NCBI GenBank assembly: GCA_019634005.1
Contig: JAHQWD010000003.1
Location: 133,725 to 174,538, forward strand
Direction: 5' to 3'
From: Candidatus Kaiserbacteria bacterium
Lineage (GTDB): Bacteria > Patescibacteriota > Minisyncoccia > Phycocordibacterales > UBA918
Length of the DNA stretch: 40,814 nt
Shown: piece after piece, positions 35,167-40,814 of the stretch
How the letters are laid out: each line of letters starts with the position of its first letter
Position numbering within the stretch: position 1 is the stretch's first letter
Position numbers and translations under genes: made by a program
The notes under the pieces: generated by a model
The model's database searches: none
The model's input: the letters and a program-made list of their open reading frames with translations, nothing else
What the model was told of the DNA's origin: nothing

Positions 35167-36318
35167 ATGAAAACAGTAGCCGTATTTTTTGGAGGGAAGA
35201 GCGCAGAACATGATGTGTCTATCATTACAGGACACACACCGATAATCCAGTCACTCCAGGCGACAGGAGACTATGAAATATATCCTGTATACATTGCACG
35301 GGATGGTTCATGGTATTCCAGTCCAGAGATGAACGACCTTGTATACTTCAAGACAGATCTCGAGGCAAAACTTTCAAAGGAAAAGAAAGTACGTATTGAT
35401 ATCAATGACGGCCTTACCCTTATCTGGCCAGGACTTCGGGAGAAGAAGGTGTCTATAGACCTCGCATTTCCTGCAATGCACGGAACATACGGAGAAGATG
35501 GAAGTCTCATGGGTATTCTTCGTATGGCAGGTATTCCATTTGTAGGGTGTGACCTTGCTGCATCTGCGGTCGCAATGGATAAAGCATTCACGAAGCAGGT
35601 AATGGAGGCAGAAGGAGTCCCTGTCGTTCCGTACGTGTGGTTTACCAGGTACCAGTGGGAGACAAAGCGAGATCACTATCTCCGTGAGTTTGAGAATCTA
35701 AACTATCCACTTTTTGTAAAACCAGTACACCTTGGAAGCAGTATCGCAATCAGTAAGGTGCGTGACACAGGGGAACTGAAGAATGCAATTGAGGTGGCAC
35801 TTCACTATGATGATAAGGTGCTTGTAGAAGAAGGGGTGGAAAATCTCATTGAAGTAACACTTCCAATCATGGGGAATGAGAAGCTCACCTTTGGTGCAAT
35901 AGAGCGCCCGATGAATGACACAGACTTCTTTGACTTCAGTGATAAATACCTTGGTGGTGGAAAGGGAGAAGGGGTGAATACAGAATACAGTGAGATTCCC
36001 GCGAAAATTAGTGATGAACTCTCAAAGAAAGTATTGGAATATGGAGAGCGTACGTATCGCACGCTTGGATGCTCAGGTATCGCACGTGTAGACTTTCTTA
36101 TCGATTCCAAGACTGAAGAAGTATATGTAAATGAAGTAAATACGCTCCCCGGAAGTCTGTATCATCATAATTGGAAGAAGATTGGTGTATCTGGTGTAGA
36201 ACTCTGTACGCGGCTTGTAGAGCTTGCAGAAGAACGGTTTGCGAAGCAAAAGGACACCACCTTTGCGTTTGACTCAGATATCTTAAATAAAGCGGGAGGA
36301 CAGAAACTTCATGAGTAA
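35167..36318 (+). CDS. ddl: D-alanine--D-alanine ligase
   Basis: GGKSAEHDVS, HGTYGEDG, MDK, VKP..LGSS, DKY, ARVDF, NEVNTLPGS. Confidence 0.93.
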   Translation: MKTVAVFFGGKSAEHDVSIITGHTPIIQSLQATGDYEIYPVYIARDGSWYSSPEMNDLVYFKTDLEAKLSKEKKVRIDINDGLTLIWPGLREKKVSIDLAFPAMHGTYGEDGSLMGILRMAGIPFVGCDLAASAVAMDKAFTKQVMEAEGVPVVPYVWFTRYQWETKRDHYLREFENLNYPLFVKPVHLGSSIAISKVRDTGELKNAIEVALHYDDKVLVEEGVENLIEVTLPIMGNEKLTFGAIERPMNDTDFFDFSDKYLGGGKGEGVNTEYSEIPAKISDELSKKVLEYGERTYRTLGCSGIARVDFLIDSKTEEVYVNEVNTLPGSLYHHNWKKIGVSGVELCTRLVELAEERFAKQKDTTFAFDSDILNKAGGQKLHE

Positions 36319-36802
36319 ACAGAGATGTCACTGGGTGGATTTAAATGATCCACTTTATATCGAATACCACGACAAAGAGTGGGGTGTGCCTGTACATGAT
36401 GATCGAACCCTCTTTGAGTTTCTCATTCTCGAAGGAGCGCAAGCGGGGCTTTCGTGGAAGACAATACTCCAAAGAAGAGAGGGGTATCGAGAGGTCTTTA
36501 AGAACTTTGATCCCAAGAAGGTGGCGAAAATGGATCCAGAACCGCTCTTTGATGACGAACGAATTATCCGCAACAAGTTGAAGATCAAATCTGCGATTAC
36601 TAACGCGCAGGTATTTTTAGATATACAGAAAGAGTTTGGTTCGTTTGATACGTATCTCTGGGAATGGGGGAATGACGCAAAGGGTATTTCAAAGGATTTA
36701 AAAAAACGAGGTATGAGTTTCGTGGGGGAGACGATAATCTATGCGTATCTGCAGGCGGTTGGAGTGGTAAATGATCATGAGAAGGGGTGTTTTAAGGGTT
36801 GA
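36311..36802 (+). CDS. tag: DNA-3-methyladenine glycosylase I
   Basis: RCHW, YHDKEWG, LEGAQAGLSW, IIRNKLKI, NDH..C. Confidence 0.93.
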   Translation: MSKQRCHWVDLNDPLYIEYHDKEWGVPVHDDRTLFEFLILEGAQAGLSWKTILQRREGYREVFKNFDPKKVAKMDPEPLFDDERIIRNKLKIKSAITNAQVFLDIQKEFGSFDTYLWEWGNDAKGISKDLKKRGMSFVGETIIYAYLQAVGVVNDHEKGCFKG

Positions 36803-36863
36803 CATATTCTTTTTTATTTTATATAAAGCAACAGAAAGTACAAGCGCTGTAGAGGAGGCAAGA

Positions 36864-37058
36864 ATGACTTACAGTGAAATGATTAAGAAAGAGTTTGAGA
36901 TTGGACAGGAAGTTGCTGTTTTCTGTACGGGACCCTGGAGGTCATGTGGCACACTACAGAAGGTTGAGGATGATTATCTTTTTATTCTCACCAAGAAGAA
37001 AGAGCCAGTAGTTATCAGTCTCAGGAATGTTGCCCTAGTTCAACCAGATAATGTCTAA
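36864..37058 (+). CDS. 64-aa Sm/LSm-like-fold small protein (DUF2642-like)
   Basis: Helix then GQEVAVF..G...GTL..V.DDYL.I......VISL.NV..V; TTGACA promoter, GAGGAGG SD, terminator. Confidence 0.65.
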   Translation: MTYSEMIKKEFEIGQEVAVFCTGPWRSCGTLQKVEDDYLFILTKKKEPVVISLRNVALVQPDNV

Positions 37059-37080
37059 AGATCTGACGCAGCTCAGACTA

Positions 37081-37113
37081 AAACCGCCTAGCATCACTGG
37101 GCGGTTTTTCTTT
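37081..37113 (+). terminator. Intrinsic terminator
   Basis: AAACCGCCTAG-CATCA-CTGGGCGGTTT followed by TTCTTT. Confidence 0.8.
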
Positions 37114-37163
37114 CCACATTTCCCTTTGATTTCCCACCCATATCTGCTAAAATACGCGCGCAA

Positions 37164-37931
37164 ATGCTTGGAATACAGACAGCACATGCGGCGACGGAAG
37201 GAGGGATTGCAATCCATCTGGCTCCACACGTGCTCGGTCATATCTTTGGTATTCCTGTAACAAACACACTTCTCACCGTTTGGCTTTCCATGGCGATTGT
37301 TATCGTCATGGCTTTTTTTGTTGGACGGAGTCTCAAGATGGTGCCAAGGAAACTCCAGTCCCTCTTTGAGATGCTCATCGGTACAGTGTATGACTACATG
37401 GCAGAAGTGCTTGAGAGTAAGGACATGGCACGGAGATACTTTCCACTTGTCATGACTATCTTCATCTTTATTCTTGCCATGAACTGGACAGGTCTTCTTC
37501 CGGGTCTTGAAGGGATTATGTTCCATACAGATCATGGAGAGACAACATTGTTCCATCCAGGTGCAGCAGATCTCAATGTTACTATCGCATTTGCGCTCAT
37601 CGCATTTCTCACTATTGAGATTGCTGGTGTGCTTGCATTGGGGATTTTCAAGTATGCTGGGAAGTTTATTAACTTCTCATCGCCGCTTGGGTTTATCATT
37701 GGTATCATTGAGCTTATCTCAGAACTTGCTCGACTGATCTCATTCTCATTCCGTCTCTTTGGAAACATCTTTGCTGGGAAGACGCTTTTGGTCGTGGTAT
37801 TGTTCTTTGTGCCCTATGTTCTCCCGGTGCCGCTCATGGCATTTGAGGTGTTCGTTGGGTTCATTCAGGCTTTTGTATTTGCCATTTTGACACTATTTTT
37901 TATCAAATTGGCGATTACAGAGCCACACTAG
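37164..37931 (+). CDS. atpB: F0 ATP synthase subunit a
   Basis: NW.GLLPG, SFSFRLFGNIFAG, FIQAFVF. Confidence 0.96.
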   Translation: MLGIQTAHAATEGGIAIHLAPHVLGHIFGIPVTNTLLTVWLSMAIVIVMAFFVGRSLKMVPRKLQSLFEMLIGTVYDYMAEVLESKDMARRYFPLVMTIFIFILAMNWTGLLPGLEGIMFHTDHGETTLFHPGAADLNVTIAFALIAFLTIEIAGVLALGIFKYAGKFINFSSPLGFIIGIIELISELARLISFSFRLFGNIFAGKTLLVVVLFFVPYVLPVPLMAFEVFVGFIQAFVFAILTLFFIKLAITEPH

Positions 37932-37935
37932 TACT

Positions 37936-37969
37936 CAGATGAGAGTATTCTCGAGAATATTCTCATCTG
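37936..37969 (+). other. Intercistronic 15-bp hairpin between atpB and atpE
   Basis: CAGATGAGAGTATTC-TCGA-GAATATTCTCATCTG with one G-U pair and no U-tract. Confidence 0.65.
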
Positions 37970-37997
37970 CGTAGTAGCAGAGTTAGTAATAATGTAG

Positions 37998-38270
<273 letters not shown>

Positions 38271-38283
38271 GTAATACATCACT

Positions 38284-38727
38284 ATGGAAGACCTACTACA
38301 TGCATTTGGAATAGATGGACACCTCATCTTGGTACAGGTGGTTAACTTTGCAATTCTTGCAGGTCTTCTATGGTACTTCCTGTACACACCAGTCTTGAAT
38401 CTCCTTAAGGAGCGAGAAGAAAAGATTGCGCGTGGCGTGAAGGATGCAGAAGATGCAGAAAAACTTAAAGCAAATGCGGAGGAAAACCGCAAAGAGAGAC
38501 TGACCGCAGCACAGCGAGAGGCTGAAGAGGTCTCCGACAGAGCGCGCACTCGTGCGACAGAAAAATCTGCAGAGATTGTAGGCGAAGCTGAGACAAAGGC
38601 GGACAATATTCTCAAAGATGCACAAGCACGCGGGGAGGCGCTTGCAGAGAAGGCACAGAAGGAGAGCGAGGCAGAGATTGCAAAAGCTGCAGTTCTTGCC
38701 GCAGAGAAGGTACTTATAGAAAAATAA
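38284..38727 (+). CDS. atpF: F0 subunit b
   Basis: QVVNFAIL TM, P....L..R...I, coiled coil; operon position. Confidence 0.93.
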   Translation: MEDLLHAFGIDGHLILVQVVNFAILAGLLWYFLYTPVLNLLKEREEKIARGVKDAEDAEKLKANAEENRKERLTAAQREAEEVSDRARTRATEKSAEIVGEAETKADNILKDAQARGEALAEKAQKESEAEIAKAAVLAAEKVLIEK

Positions 38728-38730
38728 TCT

Positions 38731-39117
38731 ATGCGAGCACGCGATTACATAGAGGCGGCATACCAAGCACTTCAAGATGGAAAGGATATTTCCGAGGTGC
38801 TTACAGGACTGTACGCAACCCTAGAGAATCGCGGGCATCAGAAGTTAAAAGCACAGATTCTTTCTGGTCTTCTCACCTATATAGAGGAGAAAGAGAGAAG
38901 TACCGCTCCAGAACTCCGTCTTGCAAAAGAAGAAGATGCGAAGAAACTCTCCGTGTCTATCAAAGAGGCACTTAAGGAATTGGGTGCAGAGGAAGAACCG
39001 CGTGTATCAATCGATGCAAAACACATTGGAGGATACACCGCGACGTATAACGGAAAGCGTATTGATCGAAGTTATAAATCAGCACTACTACAACTTTATA
39101 AGAACATCACGAGTTAA
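38731..39117 (+). CDS. atpH: F1 subunit delta (short)
   Basis: D...IGG......RID.S..L; lies between atpF and atpA. Confidence 0.85.
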   Translation: MRARDYIEAAYQALQDGKDISEVLTGLYATLENRGHQKLKAQILSGLLTYIEEKERSTAPELRLAKEEDAKKLSVSIKEALKELGAEEEPRVSIDAKHIGGYTATYNGKRIDRSYKSALLQLYKNITS

Positions 39118-39119
39118 TT

Positions 39120-40694
39120 ATGAGTACGGCAATTATTGAACGAATCAAAAAGGAGATTGAGGGACTAGATGTCTCAAATGTAACTGAGGAGGTGGGACGT
39201 GTGACGTCTGTCTCTGACGGAGTGGTAGAGATCGATGGTATCTCTGGCGCAGAGATGATGGAGATGGTTATCTTTGATGTTGCAGAATCTGCGTCACTCA
39301 AGGACGCTATTGAGTCTGAGACCACACTTTACGGACTTATCCTCAACCTTGAGGAGGACGCAGTGAAGGCTGTAGTACTTGGGGAGCCAAGCGCTATTAA
39401 AGAGGGAATGACTGTACGCCGTACACAGAAACTCCTCTCTGTACCTGTGTCTGAAGACATTGTTGGACGCGTGGTGGACTCTCTCGGAAATCCAATCGAT
39501 GGCAAAGGAGCGCTTAAGGGAGACAAGGAAATGCCAATCGAGCGTGTTGCCTTTGGTGTGATGGAGCGTTCTGGGGTAGACACTCCAGTACATACAGGAA
39601 TCAAGGCAATTGACTCTATGATTCCAATTGGACGCGGACAACGCGAGCTTATCATTGGAGACCGTGGCACTGGAAAGACTACCGTTGCAATTGATACCAT
39701 CATTAACCAGAAGTATGAGCCAAAAGAGTCTCGTCCAATCTGTATCTACGTAACCATCGGGCAGAAGCAGTCTAAAACCGCGAGTATCGTGCGAAAGCTT
39801 GAGGAGGCAGGAGCGATGGAGTACACCACGGTACTTTCTACTTCAGCATCTGAAGCATCGCCGCTCCTTTTCCTTGCACCGTTTACAGGAGTCTCTATTG
39901 CAGAGTATTTCATGCTTCAAGGAAAGGATGTGCTTATCGTATTTGACGATCTCTCAAAGCATGCGGTGGCATACCGACAGATGTCTCTGCTTCTTCGACG
40001 TCCTCCAGGACGTGAGGCATACCCAGGAGACATCTTCTACCTTCATTCTCGTCTTCTTGAGCGTTCTGCAAAGCTCTCAGAAGAACTTGGCGGCGGGTCT
40101 ATCACTGCACTTCCAATCATTGAGACACAGGAGGGAGACGTATCTGCGTACATTCCAACGAATGTGATCTCAATTACCGACGGACAAATCTTCCTTGACG
40201 GAGATCTCTTCAACAAAGGACTCCGTCCTGCACTTGATGTAGGTATTTCTGTATCTCGTGTGGGTAGTGCTGCACAGACAAAGGCTATGAAGAAGGTGTC
40301 TGGAAAGATTCGTCTTGAACTTGCACAGTTCCGCGAGCTTGAGGCCTTCATGCAGTTTGCATCAGACCTTGATGAGGACACCAAGAAGCGTATCGAGTCT
40401 GGACAGAAATTCACAGAGCTCTTGAAGCAGAAGCAGAACAACCCAATGCCATTCTACAAGCAGGTGGTATCACTCTATGCTGCGAACAACGGCATTATGG
40501 ATGGGGTAGCAGTATCAAACGTACACGCGCTTGAGGAGGCGTACTTAGAGTTCATCGAGCGAGAGCACAAGGACGTCTTTGAGATTATCGAGAAAGATCG
40601 TGCGCTTTCTGATGACTTGACTGAGACAATGAACAAGGCGATGGAAGCCTTTAAGGATTCACACGCACACCTCTACGAGACAGAGGAGGCATAA
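39120..40694 (+). CDS. atpA: F1 subunit alpha
   Basis: GRGQRELIIGDRGTGKT, RRPPGREAYPGD, SVSRVG. Confidence 0.98.
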   Translation: MSTAIIERIKKEIEGLDVSNVTEEVGRVTSVSDGVVEIDGISGAEMMEMVIFDVAESASLKDAIESETTLYGLILNLEEDAVKAVVLGEPSAIKEGMTVRRTQKLLSVPVSEDIVGRVVDSLGNPIDGKGALKGDKEMPIERVAFGVMERSGVDTPVHTGIKAIDSMIPIGRGQRELIIGDRGTGKTTVAIDTIINQKYEPKESRPICIYVTIGQKQSKTASIVRKLEEAGAMEYTTVLSTSASEASPLLFLAPFTGVSIAEYFMLQGKDVLIVFDDLSKHAVAYRQMSLLLRRPPGREAYPGDIFYLHSRLLERSAKLSEELGGGSITALPIIETQEGDVSAYIPTNVISITDGQIFLDGDLFNKGLRPALDVGISVSRVGSAAQTKAMKKVSGKIRLELAQFRELEAFMQFASDLDEDTKKRIESGQKFTELLKQKQNNPMPFYKQVVSLYAANNGIMDGVAVSNVHALEEAYLEFIEREHKDVFEIIEKDRALSDDLTETMNKAMEAFKDSHAHLYETEEA

Positions 40695-40702
40695 ATCTAC
40701 AT

Positions 40703-40814
40703 ATGGCGCTTAAGCAGATTAAAAACAAAATAGATTCAACAAAGAAAACAGCCAAGGTGACCAAGGCCATGGAGGCGGTTTCTGCGGTGAAGATGCGTAA
40801 GAGCCAAGAAAAAG
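40703..40814 (+). CDS. atpG: F1 subunit gamma, 5' part (runs off window end)
   Basis: MALKQIKNKIDSTKKTAKVTKAMEAVSAVKMRK. Confidence 0.93.
   Translation, partial: MALKQIKNKIDSTKKTAKVTKAMEAVSAVKMRKSQEK

Noticed and set aside
35920-35952. VanC-like D-Ala-D-Ser ligase (FFDFSDKY loop)
   Set aside because: Similar loops occur in ordinary Ddls, the Tyr is retained, and no racemase, vanXY or vanRS genes are nearby

Overview
A 40.8-kb chromosomal segment, most likely from a Patescibacteria (CPR)/Parcubacteria genome. This is inferred from gene content, compact spacing and protein styles; TGA is used as stop (code 11) and almost all genes lie on the + strand. From left to right it contains: a partial SAM methyltransferase; two response regulators; a PilB/GspE ATPase broken off and joined out of frame to an N-truncated CHASE sensor; a Cache-HAMP-PAS histidine kinase; cfa; a pseudouridine synthase and an HI0933/RdsA-like flavoprotein; an RTX-repeat protein with an XRE regulator; surface/secreted proteins; AI-2E transporter, CapA, FKBP and tgt; uvrB/uvrA/uvrC interleaved with small ORFan cassettes; two Ddl paralogues with murF; tRNA-Ala(UGC); tag; an Sm-like small protein; and the start of the F-type ATP synthase operon (atpBEFHA, partial atpG). 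I saw no CRISPR array, integrase or transposase. The most notable items are two apparently unannotated structured RNAs with their own promoters (about 1063-1226 minus, about 18405-18527 plus), a sharp pilB/CHASE deletion or chimera junction near 2530, a kinase-less sensor that may dock on the adjacent kinase, a surface protein with an internal second signal peptide, and a two-tier expression grammar (leaderless core genes versus promoter-SD-terminator ORFan cassettes, several with a boxA-like motif). All family calls come from motif recognition by eye, not database searches.
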